Position numbers and translations under genes: made by a program. DNA of 50,987 bases, from assembly GCA_046497485.1 (NCBI GenBank), contig JAWOFP010000006.1:1-50987 (forward strand). The letters are read 5' to 3'. Below the pieces are notes generated by a model, which ran no database searches, had not been told where the DNA came from, and saw only the letters and a program-made list of their open reading frames with translations. Positions 1-8,601 of this stretch are shown one piece after another. Source of the DNA: Candidatus Nanohaloarchaea archaeon. GTDB taxonomy: Archaea; Nanohalarchaeota; Nanosalinia; Nanosalinales; Nanosalinaceae. The stretch's first letter is position 1. Each line of letters starts with the position of its first letter.

Positions 1-110
1 GTAACCCGACCTCAAGTAAGCATGACCTTCAATTCACATGCAAGGAATGTGGAAAGGCCTGGAAACCTAGAAATCAGCCAAGAGCAGCAAAGTTCGAGAT
101 AGAGAGGTAA
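1..110 (+). CDS. rpl44e: 50S ribosomal protein L44e, 3' part (truncated by window start)
   Basis: Manual translation NPTSSKHDLQFTCKECGKAWKPRNQPRAAKFEIER*; CxxC knuckle; canonical position before S27e and aIF2-alpha. Confidence 0.9.
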   Translation, partial: NPTSSKHDLQFTCKECGKAWKPRNQPRAAKFEIER

Positions 111-117
111 TTAATCA

Positions 118-291
118 ATGGCACAGAATTTTATCAGAGTAGAATGCGAAGAATGCGGAAACAAACAGAATATTTATTCAAGACCTGCTAACGAAGTTGA
201 ATGTCTTGTATGCAAGACTGTTATTGCTAAGCCGACCGGTGGAAAAGCCGAATTGAACGGCACAGTCCTGAAACAACTCGAAGTAGAGTAG
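118..291 (+). CDS. rps27e: 30S ribosomal protein S27e
   Basis: Manual translation MAQNFIRVECEECGNKQNIYSRPANEVECLVCKTVIAKPTGGKA..., 57 aa, C4 zinc ribbon and PTGGKA motif. Confidence 0.95.
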   Translation: MAQNFIRVECEECGNKQNIYSRPANEVECLVCKTVIAKPTGGKAELNGTVLKQLEVE

Positions 292-336
292 ACCAAGACC
301 CGCTTTTTAAATAACTCATCTTTTATTCTATACTTT

Positions 337-1086
337 ATGAAATGGTACAAAGATAGGCCTGAAGAAGGAGATTTTGTAGTAGTAAAACTTGTCGATGTAG
401 ATACTAACTCAGCCTTCGCAGAGCTAGAAGAATACGAAGACCAGAGAGGGATGATCCATATATCAGAAGCATCCAGGAGCTGGATTCAAGACTTAACTAA
501 AGAGTTCTCTGAAGGAGAGAAGACAGTCGCACAGGTAATTGAAGTAGACGATGATTCTATAGGCCTTTCTTTGAAGCGTGTAAATGATAAGCAGAAAAAG
601 GATACTATGGCTCGGTGGAGAAAAGAGGAGAAAGCCGAGAAGTTTGTTCAGGACCTTAAGGAAAAAGTTGATGTAGATGATATTTACGAAGATGTAGTAT
701 TCCCACTACAGAAAGAGTTTGAATCCTCTTTCCATGGTTTCGAGATTTCAATTGCTGAAGAAGCGAGACTGAAGGAGTTTCTAGACGATGAAGTAGTCGA
801 TGCGATACAAGAAGTAGCCAAAGAAAACATTGATTTGAAACAGGAGAAGTTTGAAGGAGTAATTGAGCTCGAATTCTATCAAGGAGATGGACTAGAAAGA
901 GTAAAAGACTGCTTTAACGAGACAGATGAAGGAGTAGAGATAAAGTACATGTCTGCTCCAAAATACAGTATTGAGGCCTGGGGGCGGACTCAGGAACTCG
1001 CTAAGAAGAGAATGGATACGGCGACAGATAAGATCCGGGAAAAGGCTGAAGAACTGGACGGAACCTTCAGTTTCTCAAAGGCATAA
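337..1086 (+). CDS. eif2a: Translation initiation factor aIF-2 alpha subunit
   Basis: N-terminal S1 domain (PEEGDFV, GMIHISE, LSLKRV), YMSAPKY motif, operon context. Confidence 0.95.
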   Translation: MKWYKDRPEEGDFVVVKLVDVDTNSAFAELEEYEDQRGMIHISEASRSWIQDLTKEFSEGEKTVAQVIEVDDDSIGLSLKRVNDKQKKDTMARWRKEEKAEKFVQDLKEKVDVDDIYEDVVFPLQKEFESSFHGFEISIAEEARLKEFLDDEVVDAIQEVAKENIDLKQEKFEGVIELEFYQGDGLERVKDCFNETDEGVEIKYMSAPKYSIEAWGRTQELAKKRMDTATDKIREKAEELDGTFSFSKA

Positions 1087-1091
1087 AAACA

Positions 1092-1238
1092 ATGATAAGG
1101 AAATGTACTGAATGTGGAGGCTTTACTCTACAAGAAAAACACTGTGATGAAGATACCGTCACAGCCAGGCCTCCGAAATTTTCATACCCTGATAAGTATG
1201 GAAAATACCGTAGAAAAGCTAAGCGTGGAGAAGTATAA
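1092..1238 (+). CDS. nop10: H/ACA RNP protein Nop10
   Basis: Manual translation MIRKCTECGGFTLQEKHCDEDTVTARPPKFSYPDKYGKYRRKAKRGEV; PPKFSxxDKYGKYRR signature; follows aIF2-alpha. Confidence 0.93.
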   Translation: MIRKCTECGGFTLQEKHCDEDTVTARPPKFSYPDKYGKYRRKAKRGEV

Positions 1239-1244
1239 CAAATT

Positions 1245-2003
1245 ATGACAACTGAAATAAGACTTGACAGCGAACTCGAACTGGAAAACCCATTATTTAT
1301 CGAAGGCCTCGCAGGTATCGGACATATAGGTAGAAACTGCGTCAGCTTTTTAGCAGATAATTTAGATGCTGAGAAGGTCGGAGAACTACATTCTCACCAC
1401 TTCCCGCCATACACCATAATTGAAGATGATAAAACAGTTAAAGCGCTTCAAAACGATATTTTCGTAGCTGAAATCAATGGAAGAGATGTAGTGCTTCTTG
1501 AAGGAAATGCCCAGGCCTCAAGCCCTCAAGGACATTACGAAATCGCGGAAAAAGTACTTGATTTTACAGATGAGATAGGAGCTGATGAGATTATCACTAT
1601 CGGAGGCTATGGAAAAGGCGAAGTAGTTGAACAGCCAGAAGTCTTCGGTGCAGTAACTTCAGAGGACATCAAAAATGATTACAGCGATGCAGGCGTCCAG
1701 TTTGATCATGATGTCGGCCAGATTGTAGGGATTTCAGGCCTACTTCTAGGGCTTGGAGAAGGAAGAGGAAAATCCGGTATAGCTCTTCTCGGAGAGACAC
1801 CAGGCTTCCTGATGAGCGATCCTAAATCTACAGAAGCAGTACTTCAAATCCTTGAGAAGGCCTTAGATATCGACTTGGATTACTCAAGTCTTGATGAAAA
1901 GGTGGAAGAGTCTCAAGAAGTGCTTAAAAAACTTCAGAATCTTAAAGGTAGTAAGGAACAGGATGAGAGCAGTCAAAGCTCTGATCTAGGATACATAGGG
2001 TGA
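1245..2003 (+). CDS. PAC2-family proteasome assembly chaperone
   Basis: EGLAGIGHIG, IVGISGLLLG, LLGETPG, DPKS motifs; C-terminal GYIG tail; conserved position after nop10. Confidence 0.9.
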   Translation: MTTEIRLDSELELENPLFIEGLAGIGHIGRNCVSFLADNLDAEKVGELHSHHFPPYTIIEDDKTVKALQNDIFVAEINGRDVVLLEGNAQASSPQGHYEIAEKVLDFTDEIGADEIITIGGYGKGEVVEQPEVFGAVTSEDIKNDYSDAGVQFDHDVGQIVGISGLLLGLGEGRGKSGIALLGETPGFLMSDPKSTEAVLQILEKALDIDLDYSSLDEKVEESQEVLKKLQNLKGSKEQDESSQSSDLGYIG

Positions 2004-2010
2004 ATAATTA

Positions 2011-2172
2011 ATGGAATACACACGATACGAGCGAGCAAGAATTCTTGGCGCCAGAAGCCTACAGATTGCTATGGGCGCTCCCACATTCGTCGACCACGAA
2101 GGTACAGAAGAACCGATGAATGTCGCGGAGATGGAGATGGAAGAAGGAAAACTTCCAATCACAGTCAAATAA
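2011..2172 (+). CDS. rpoK: RNA polymerase subunit K (Rpo6)
   Basis: Manual translation [24 protein letters not shown]...GKLPITVK, 53 aa. Confidence 0.95.
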   Translation: MEYTRYERARILGARSLQIAMGAPTFVDHEGTEEPMNVAEMEMEEGKLPITVK

Positions 2173-2213
2173 CACCACTTCTCTTTTTATTTCAGAATTA
2201 ACCAATTTCTTAC

Positions 2214-3332
2214 ATGAAAGTAGAGAACCTTAAACTACGTAAAATTTTAGACTCAAGAGTAAACTATACTGTAGAAGCAGAGATCAACGGAGAAAGAGCT
2301 GCCGCACCTTCAGGCGCATCCACGGGAACACATGAAGCAAAATGCTTCGTACCCGATCACCTGAATGAGATTGAAGATATGCTGCAGAGAACTGAAGGCG
2401 AAACATTTACTCAGGAAGAGTTCGACGACGCATTACATACATTTGATCAGACTGATAATTTCTCAAGGCTTGGCGCTTCAGCAATTTCCTCAAGCTTTGC
2501 ATTCAAGAAGGCCTCAGGCTTTAATCACACAAATAAGTTTCCGCTGCCTTTAAGTAATGTTATAGGCGGAGGAGAGCATGGAGGAAACACCTCAATCCAA
2601 GAATTCTTAGTCCTCCCTGTCAACGCAGAGAGCTTCCCTGAAGCAGTTGAAACTAATAAGAAGATCTACCATGAATTGAAAGAGAGGTACAGCCAGAAGA
2701 TCATGGGTATGAATGATGAAGGCGCACTAATCACATCAATGAACGATGAGCAAACTTTGAAAGCCTTGAAGAAAGTAGCAGACAAACATGATGCTCGTAT
2801 AGGCCTTGATATTGCAGCTTCAGAGTTCTATGAAGATGGGGAGTATAAATTCTCAAGTATGCATGAAACTTTCTCAGGAGAGGAAATGGTCGATTTTGTA
2901 GACACTTTAATCACGAAATTTGATCTAGTTTATGTGGAAGATCCTTTTGACCAGGAAGATTTCAAGAATCACGCAAAGTTAACGAAGATGCATCCTGATG
3001 TACTGATCTGTGGAGATGACCTATTCACCACGAACTATGAAAGACTGGAAGAAGGTATAGAGCACGGCGCATGCAACTCATTGATTGTTAAGCCTAATCA
3101 GATTGGAACGGTTACAGCTGCAGAACATACGGTAAATATTGCAGAAGAGCACGATTACACCCCTGTGATTTCCCATCGTTCAGGTGAGACTTGTGACGCG
3201 ACTATTTCAGATTTAGCATTGGAGTGGGAGTGTCCGATTATTAAGGCAGGTATCGCAGATATCAGAATTGCTAAATTAAATCGGCTTCTGCGACTTTGGG
3301 AAGAGAAAGAAGGGGCTGAAATCAGTTACTGA
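2214..3332 (+). CDS. eno: Enolase
   Basis: ILDSR, APSGASTG, EDPF, GDDLFTTN, VKPNQIGT, SHRSGET motifs. Confidence 0.96.
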   Translation: MKVENLKLRKILDSRVNYTVEAEINGERAAAPSGASTGTHEAKCFVPDHLNEIEDMLQRTEGETFTQEEFDDALHTFDQTDNFSRLGASAISSSFAFKKASGFNHTNKFPLPLSNVIGGGEHGGNTSIQEFLVLPVNAESFPEAVETNKKIYHELKERYSQKIMGMNDEGALITSMNDEQTLKALKKVADKHDARIGLDIAASEFYEDGEYKFSSMHETFSGEEMVDFVDTLITKFDLVYVEDPFDQEDFKNHAKLTKMHPDVLICGDDLFTTNYERLEEGIEHGACNSLIVKPNQIGTVTAAEHTVNIAEEHDYTPVISHRSGETCDATISDLALEWECPIIKAGIADIRIAKLNRLLRLWEEKEGAEISY

Positions 3333-3372
3333 AGTCGAGCCGTATTTAACTTTTGGTCATGAACTGTATGTC

Positions 3373-3978
3373 ATGACCGAGGAAGAACTTTTGATAGACC
3401 GTGAGGAATACCTGAAAAGAGGCGTCCATATTGGAACAAAATCCCAGCATACAGACATGGAAGACTATATTTTCCATGTAAAGAAGAACCAGCTGGCTGT
3501 AATTAATCTTACTAAGACAGATCAGCAGATCAGAGAAGCCGGCGAATTCCTTTCAGACTTCGAACCTGAAACAGTACTATTCGTAGGTAGAAAGCCTGAA
3601 GCGAAGGAACCGATCGAAAAAATATCTGACGCACTAGGAACTGCCTTTATCACAGGTCGTTTCATGCCAGGAAGCCTGACAAACCCTCAGTCAGAAAACT
3701 TTACAGAACCTGATGTAATCGTAACTATTGATCCTGAAGTCGATGCACAGGCAATTGATGAAGCAGCAGACACAAATGTACCTGTAGTATCCATGGCAGA
3801 CTCCGAGAACAGACTTGATAATATTGATGTAGTAATTCCTGCAAACAACAAAGGAGAGAAAGCTATTGGCACAGTACTATTCCTTCTAGGGAAGGAAATC
3901 GCAGAGCACAGAGACCTTGACTTTCACTACGAGCTTGAAGACTTCGCTGAAGTTGAAAAAGTAGAAGACGAAGAATGA
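3373..3978 (+). CDS. rps2: 30S ribosomal protein S2
   Basis: GVHIGT, GRFMPGSLTNP, IPANNKG motifs. Confidence 0.96.
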   Translation: MTEEELLIDREEYLKRGVHIGTKSQHTDMEDYIFHVKKNQLAVINLTKTDQQIREAGEFLSDFEPETVLFVGRKPEAKEPIEKISDALGTAFITGRFMPGSLTNPQSENFTEPDVIVTIDPEVDAQAIDEAADTNVPVVSMADSENRLDNIDVVIPANNKGEKAIGTVLFLLGKEIAEHRDLDFHYELEDFAEVEKVEDEE

Positions 3979-4490
3979 AAGCACTCCTAGTAACAGGAAC
4001 GGTCAGAGAAGGGAACAAAAGCCAACAGGTCGCAAAAGAGGCCTTAAACTACTTTTCTGAGGCTGGAGATGCAAAATTATTTGACCTGTGTGAAAAAGAA
4101 GTTCCTTTAATGGAACAGCGTTTGAGTCATGATGATTCTCCGCCTGAAGATGTTAAGGAGTTCAGAGAGTTAGTGGACTGGAGCGATGTAGTAATTCTGG
4201 TTACGCCAGAGTATAATCACAGTATTCCTGGTGCGTTGAAGAATTTGATAGATTATCTCTATGAAGAATATGATGGTAAGGCCTTTTCCTATATTACAAT
4301 TTCAGCCGGAGGATTTGGAGGAGTAAGAGCCCAGAGCCATCTCCATGATATTACTTTAGCAGTTGGTGGAAGGCCTGGCCCAAGTCTACATGTCTCAAAT
4401 GTAAATGAACATTTCTCCGAAGAAAATATTTCAGAGGAATACCAAGAGCGGTTGAAGAGTTTTGCTGAGAAAGTCGAGGATTTTGTTTGA
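3975..4490 (+). CDS. NADPH-dependent FMN reductase family flavoprotein
   Basis: GTVREG, TPEYNHSIPGALKNLID, GGFGG motifs. Confidence 0.9.
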   Translation: MKALLVTGTVREGNKSQQVAKEALNYFSEAGDAKLFDLCEKEVPLMEQRLSHDDSPPEDVKEFRELVDWSDVVILVTPEYNHSIPGALKNLIDYLYEEYDGKAFSYITISAGGFGGVRAQSHLHDITLAVGGRPGPSLHVSNVNEHFSEENISEEYQERLKSFAEKVEDFV

Positions 4491-4529
4491 ACCGAATGCT
4501 TTAAACCTAGGCCTTTCTAACATTGTTCT

Positions 4530-5246
4530 ATGTTCAATTTAGGCGGAAATGATAAGGAGAAGCTGAAAGAAAATATGGAGGAAATCAAGGACTTAGTGAA
4601 CTCTCAGGAGCAAGGAGGCTCTCCAAGCCCTCAGGAGCTAATGGATGATTCTCAGGATTCAGTCACAGAACCTCAGGAAGATTCTCCGGACCGCCAGACA
4701 CCTGATCTTAATCAACAGTCTGATAATCAAATGAATCCTGAACCAGATATGAATAACGACTTGCCTTCTAAAAGTCAGGATTCAATGAATCAGGACTTGA
4801 ATAATTTACAGGATGCTATAAACAATCAATCTCAGAACAATCAGGAAACAGAGAATGAACCTGATCTAGGCCAAAGCCCACGAAATAATAACTTTGATTC
4901 TTCTAGAGGCCTGAATGATAACAGTTCAAGCAGCCAGGATTCTACATCTAGAGACTCTGATTCCAGCAGTCTCTCAGGTATTAAGTCTAACAGTGACAGG
5001 CCTGATATTTCAGATCAGCCAAGCCCCGATGGTGACAGCAGCGAGACCTTGTTCCTTGAGGTAGATGAATTTAACCGAGTCAAGGAGATGGTTGATGAGA
5101 TGAAGTATCTATCTAGAGAGATGAATGACTTGATGGAGAACCTAGAAGGAGGAGTTGAAGAAGACAGAAGAATTGAGTCAGAGGCTCAAGACGTTATTGA
5201 CGAGTTCTCTCAGAGACGGGAGCACATCGAGTCCTCCATCAATTAA
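4530..5246 (+). CDS. Hypothetical protein: disordered D/N/Q/S-rich linker with C-terminal coiled coil
   Basis: 238-aa ORF with TTTAAA box about 30 nt upstream; low-complexity middle, heptad-like C-terminus. Confidence 0.75.
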   Translation: MFNLGGNDKEKLKENMEEIKDLVNSQEQGGSPSPQELMDDSQDSVTEPQEDSPDRQTPDLNQQSDNQMNPEPDMNNDLPSKSQDSMNQDLNNLQDAINNQSQNNQETENEPDLGQSPRNNNFDSSRGLNDNSSSSQDSTSRDSDSSSLSGIKSNSDRPDISDQPSPDGDSSETLFLEVDEFNRVKEMVDEMKYLSREMNDLMENLEGGVEEDRRIESEAQDVIDEFSQRREHIESSIN

Positions 5247-5277
5247 CTGTAAAACTGTTGCCCAGTAACTAATTGTT

Positions 5278-5457
5278 ATGAGTGAAGATATTCGCGAGTT
5301 AAATCAGAAAGTTTCTAGTTTAGTCGCCGAACTTGAGTCAGCCAGTTTTGATTCCCGGCTTGAAAAAGAAGAAGCACATAGAATCCTTCAGAGACTGGAG
5401 GAAAAGCTTCACAGCTTTGAAGCAGAGCATCTTGAGGACATTCTTATCCAAGGTTAG
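5278..5457 (+). CDS. Small acidic helical hypothetical protein (59 aa)
   Basis: Manual translation MSEDIRELNQKVSSLVAELESASFDSRLEKEEAHRILQRLEEKLHSFEAEHLEDILIQG; fills the gap, typical composition. Confidence 0.65.
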   Translation: MSEDIRELNQKVSSLVAELESASFDSRLEKEEAHRILQRLEEKLHSFEAEHLEDILIQG

Positions 5458-5484
5458 TATTTAAAACTTGGAGTGGATTTACAG

Positions 5485-5520
5485 TTTAACCTTGATGAAA
5501 ACTTTCAGGGAGAGGTTAAA
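5485..5520 (+). promoter_or_regulatory. k-turn-like hairpin in the L7Ae 5' leader (candidate autoregulatory site)
   Basis: TTTAACCT-TGA-TGAAAACTTTCA-GG-GAG-AGGTTAAA: outer stem, tandem GA/GA, inner stem; overlaps SD-like GGAGAGGT; TATA-like TTTAAAA at about 5460. Confidence 0.7.
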
Positions 5521-5525
5521 ATTCA

Positions 5526-5900
5526 ATGAGCTACAATAAATTCGAACCAAACGATTCACTAGCAGAAAAAACCTATAATGTAATTGAAACAGCTGCAGAC
5601 ACAGGAAAGATCGCAGTAGGTACAAACGAAGTTACCAAGTCAGTTGAAAGAAACAATGCAGACCTGGTAGTTATCGCCGGCGATGTATCACCGGAAGAAA
5701 TTGTAATGCATCTTCCAGCACTGGCAGAAGAAAAAGATATTCCATACACCTTTGTACCAGAAAAAGAAGAACTAGGCCTCGCAGCAGGCATCAATGTTCA
5801 GAGTGCAACAATCGCAGTAACACAGTCAGGAAACGCTGAAGACGAAGTAGACGATGTAGCAGAAAAAGCAGCTGAACTACTGGAAAAAGAGGAAGAATAA
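5526..5900 (+). CDS. rpl7ae: 50S ribosomal protein L7Ae
   Basis: GTNEVTKSVER, IAGDVSPEEIVMHLP, LGLAAGI motifs. Confidence 0.97.
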   Translation: MSYNKFEPNDSLAEKTYNVIETAADTGKIAVGTNEVTKSVERNNADLVVIAGDVSPEEIVMHLPALAEEKDIPYTFVPEKEELGLAAGINVQSATIAVTQSGNAEDEVDDVAEKAAELLEKEEE

Positions 5901-5934
5901 CTCCTTCCCCTTAATCCAAGGTGAATAACTCAAA

Positions 5935-6111
5935 ATGGCAGTAGCAAAAGTAATTGAAGTTATAGGCGATCAAGGACACAGAAGTGTCCGGAAAGTCCGT
6001 TGCCGTGTAATTGAAGGCGATGAAGAAGGCAAAATTCTTGTGAGAGATGCCAGAGGCCCAATCAGGGAAGACGACATCGTACACATCAAAGAGACACAGA
6101 TGGAAGGGTGA
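5935..6111 (+). CDS. rps28e: 30S ribosomal protein S28e
   Basis: Manual translation MAVAKVIEVIGDQGHRSVRKVRCRVIEGDEEGKILVRDARGPIREDDIVHIKETQMEG; AGGTGA SD upstream. Confidence 0.93.
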   Translation: MAVAKVIEVIGDQGHRSVRKVRCRVIEGDEEGKILVRDARGPIREDDIVHIKETQMEG

Positions 6112-6119
6112 ATTAAGAA

Positions 6120-6263
6120 ATGAAGTGCGATTACTGCGGTGAACAAGTACAGAAAGGAAACGGAAAGCTTCTAGTCCTTAACTCAGGTAAGAAGCTATAC
6201 TTCTGTTCTGGCAAATGCCAGAAAAACCACGACAAGGGAAGACAACACACCTATCCTGAATAG
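6120..6263 (+). CDS. rpl24e: 50S ribosomal protein L24e
   Basis: Manual translation MKCDYCGEQVQKGNGKLLVLNSGKKLYFCSGKCQKNHDKGRQHTYPE; CxxC...FCSxKC. Confidence 0.93.
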   Translation: MKCDYCGEQVQKGNGKLLVLNSGKKLYFCSGKCQKNHDKGRQHTYPE

Positions 6264-6288
6264 AGGCCTGAAATAAAGTGATGTTCAG

Positions 6289-8037
6289 ATGCCTCGCCAA
6301 CCTATCCTCTCAGTTTTAGGACATGTAGACTCAGGTAAGACTACTTTACTTGATAATATAAGAGAGTCTAAGATAGTAGATGGCGAGGCGGGTGGCATCA
6401 CTCAGATGATAGGCGCCACAGAAATTCCTTTAGACACTGTAGAAGATGTTTGCGGCGACCTTCTTAACCAGCTTGATACAGATTTGACGATTCCAGGCCT
6501 TCTTTTTATTGACACGCCAGGGCATGCAGCATTCTCTTCTTTGAGAAAGCGTGGGGGTTCAATCAGCGATATCGCAGTATTGGTTATCGATATAGAGGAA
6601 GGTGTTCAGCCTCAGACTGAGGAAGCGATAAAGATTTTGAAACAGAGCGAGACTCCTTTTGTCATCGCTTTGAACAAGATTGACAAGATGCCCGGATGGA
6701 AAACAGAGGATGAATGCTTCTCGAAAAATATTCAGAATCAGTCCCAGAAAAATATTCAGAAACTAGATGACGAAATCTATGAACTGATGGCCGACCTAAA
6801 TGAATACGGATTTGTAATAGATAGATTTGATAGAGTAGATAACTTTACAGAAAAGATTGGAGTAATACCACTCTCCGCTATGACAGGTGAAGGGCTTCCA
6901 GAGCTTTTAATGACGGTTTCAGGCCTTGCTCAGAAATATCTTTCTGATCAGCTTGAGGTAGAGGACGGTGATGGTAAAGCAACCGTTCTTGAGGTCAGCG
7001 AACAGAAAGGGTTTGGAACTACAATTGATGTTATTCATTATGATGGTGTTATTGAGGCAGATGATAAACTTGTTTACGGAACTTCCGATGGAGTTAATGT
7101 TACTGAGATAAGAGCGTTGCTGAAGCCTAGGCCTTTGAAGGAGATAAGACTTGATAAACAGTACCAGGAAGTAGAGAGGGTTGAACCAGCCTCAGGGATA
7201 AAGATTGCCGGAAAAGACCTTGAAGGCGCAGTCCCGGGAGCGCCTGTGAGAACCGGAAAAGACATTAAAAAACTGAAGGAAGAAGTAAATCAAGAACTAG
7301 AGACCTCCAGCTTTGAAACAGACAATGAAGGCCTTGTAGTCAAAGCTGATTCACTTGGATCTTTAGAGGCCTTAATGAGAGAAGTAGAGAAAATGGATTT
7401 AAAGGTTCAGAAAGCTGAAGTAGGGTCAATCAAGAAATCAGATATTATAGAGGTCGATAATGAAGACCCTGAGTTCAGAGCAGTTATCGCATTCAACTCT
7501 GAATTCACAGCACAAGCCCAGAAAATGGCTGAAGACAAAAATGTGGAGATTTTCAACAGCGAAGTAATCTATGAAGCTCTAGAAAACTATACTGACTGGA
7601 AGAAAGAAATTAAGGACAAGAACAGGCAGAAAGCCCTTGACAGCATTGCAAGGCCTGCAGAGATAAGAACTTTACAGGATCATGTATTCAGGTCTTCAAA
7701 CCCTGTAGTGGTTGGTATGAAAGTAGTAGATGGAGTAATCACTACCGGTAGCCTGATGACAAAAGATGGGGAAAAAGTAGGTAGAATAAAAGCCCTGCAA
7801 GATGACGGAGAGAGCTTAGATAAAGCCGAGAAGGGAGATAAACTTGCTATCTCGATTGCAAACTCCAGTATTGGAAGAGACTTCGAAGCAGGAGACCACT
7901 TGTATGTGAATATCACAAATAAAGACTACAAACGGCTTAAAGAACTAGAAGACCTATTAAGTGAAGGAGAAAAACAGGTTTTAGAAAAAATAGTGGACAT
8001 CAAGGATTCTGTCGATCCCCACTGGAAACTTGGATAG
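6289..8037 (+). CDS. infB: Translation initiation factor aIF-5B
   Basis: GHVDSGKTT, GGITQMIGA, DTPGH, NKID, KADSLGSLEAL motifs. Confidence 0.97.
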   Translation: MPRQPILSVLGHVDSGKTTLLDNIRESKIVDGEAGGITQMIGATEIPLDTVEDVCGDLLNQLDTDLTIPGLLFIDTPGHAAFSSLRKRGGSISDIAVLVIDIEEGVQPQTEEAIKILKQSETPFVIALNKIDKMPGWKTEDECFSKNIQNQSQKNIQKLDDEIYELMADLNEYGFVIDRFDRVDNFTEKIGVIPLSAMTGEGLPELLMTVSGLAQKYLSDQLEVEDGDGKATVLEVSEQKGFGTTIDVIHYDGVIEADDKLVYGTSDGVNVTEIRALLKPRPLKEIRLDKQYQEVERVEPASGIKIAGKDLEGAVPGAPVRTGKDIKKLKEEVNQELETSSFETDNEGLVVKADSLGSLEALMREVEKMDLKVQKAEVGSIKKSDIIEVDNEDPEFRAVIAFNSEFTAQAQKMAEDKNVEIFNSEVIYEALENYTDWKKEIKDKNRQKALDSIARPAEIRTLQDHVFRSSNPVVVGMKVVDGVITTGSLMTKDGEKVGRIKALQDDGESLDKAEKGDKLAISIANSSIGRDFEAGDHLYVNITNKDYKRLKELEDLLSEGEKQVLEKIVDIKDSVDPHWKLG

Positions 8038-8038
8038 A

Positions 8039-8527
8039 CTAGATTTCTATTGATCCTCCTAGACACTGATTTACACCTTTCTCTCTAACTAAATTTTCAT
8101 TTATCATGACAGGAAGATCATTACTTGAAGCAATTAAGACGCCATCTGAAGGCCTGACATCAATTCTTTTTTGTGTAAGGCCTCTACCAATTATCAGATC
8201 TGCGTAGTAAGTATTATTTTTAACAGAGTGAATCTCCACCCTGTTTATTTTCCTATCTGCTGCTTTCTCCACTAACTCATGAGTCTGAGGCCTTTTAACT
8301 TCTCTGTCATAGAGCTCGTTTTGAAGAGCCTCTGATTGACTATCGGATATGTTCATATCAAGTCTATAGCATAAAGTAGCTACTGAAAGTCGGTCCTTCG
8401 ATACATCAACGTTTTCCACCTTTGAAAGGCCTTCATACTTGTTGAATATATCTGGGCCTGAAAGTACAAAGCCTAGCAAGATCGCTGAGAAAAAAACTGT
8501 CAGAAAAATATTGGTCCTCTCTTTCAT
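8039..8527 (-). CDS. Bifunctional nuclease (DUF151) domain protein with N-terminal hydrophobic anchor
   Basis: RPQTHEL, TYYADL, IDVRPSDGVLIA match DUF151 motifs (RPxTHDL, DaRPSDAiAlA); N-terminal IFLTVFFSAILLGFVL. Confidence 0.8.
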   Translation of the reverse strand: MKERTNIFLTVFFSAILLGFVLSGPDIFNKYEGLSKVENVDVSKDRLSVATLCYRLDMNISDSQSEALQNELYDREVKRPQTHELVEKAADRKINRVEIHSVKNNTYYADLIIGRGLTQKRIDVRPSDGVLIASSNDLPVMINENLVREKGVNQCLGGSIEI

Positions 8528-8601
8528 AAACCAGTATTTCTTCCTGAGGATTTAATGAGTAACGGAATATGTCCAAAAAACTTTCTCGCAAATAATACAT
8601 T

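Noticed and set aside
1986..2168. 60-aa minus-strand ORF
   Set aside because: Antisense to the clear rpoK gene at 2011-2172
4640..5040. Tandem DNA repeat in the low-complexity gene
   Set aside because: Only amino-acid compositional bias with loose motifs; no exact repeat unit
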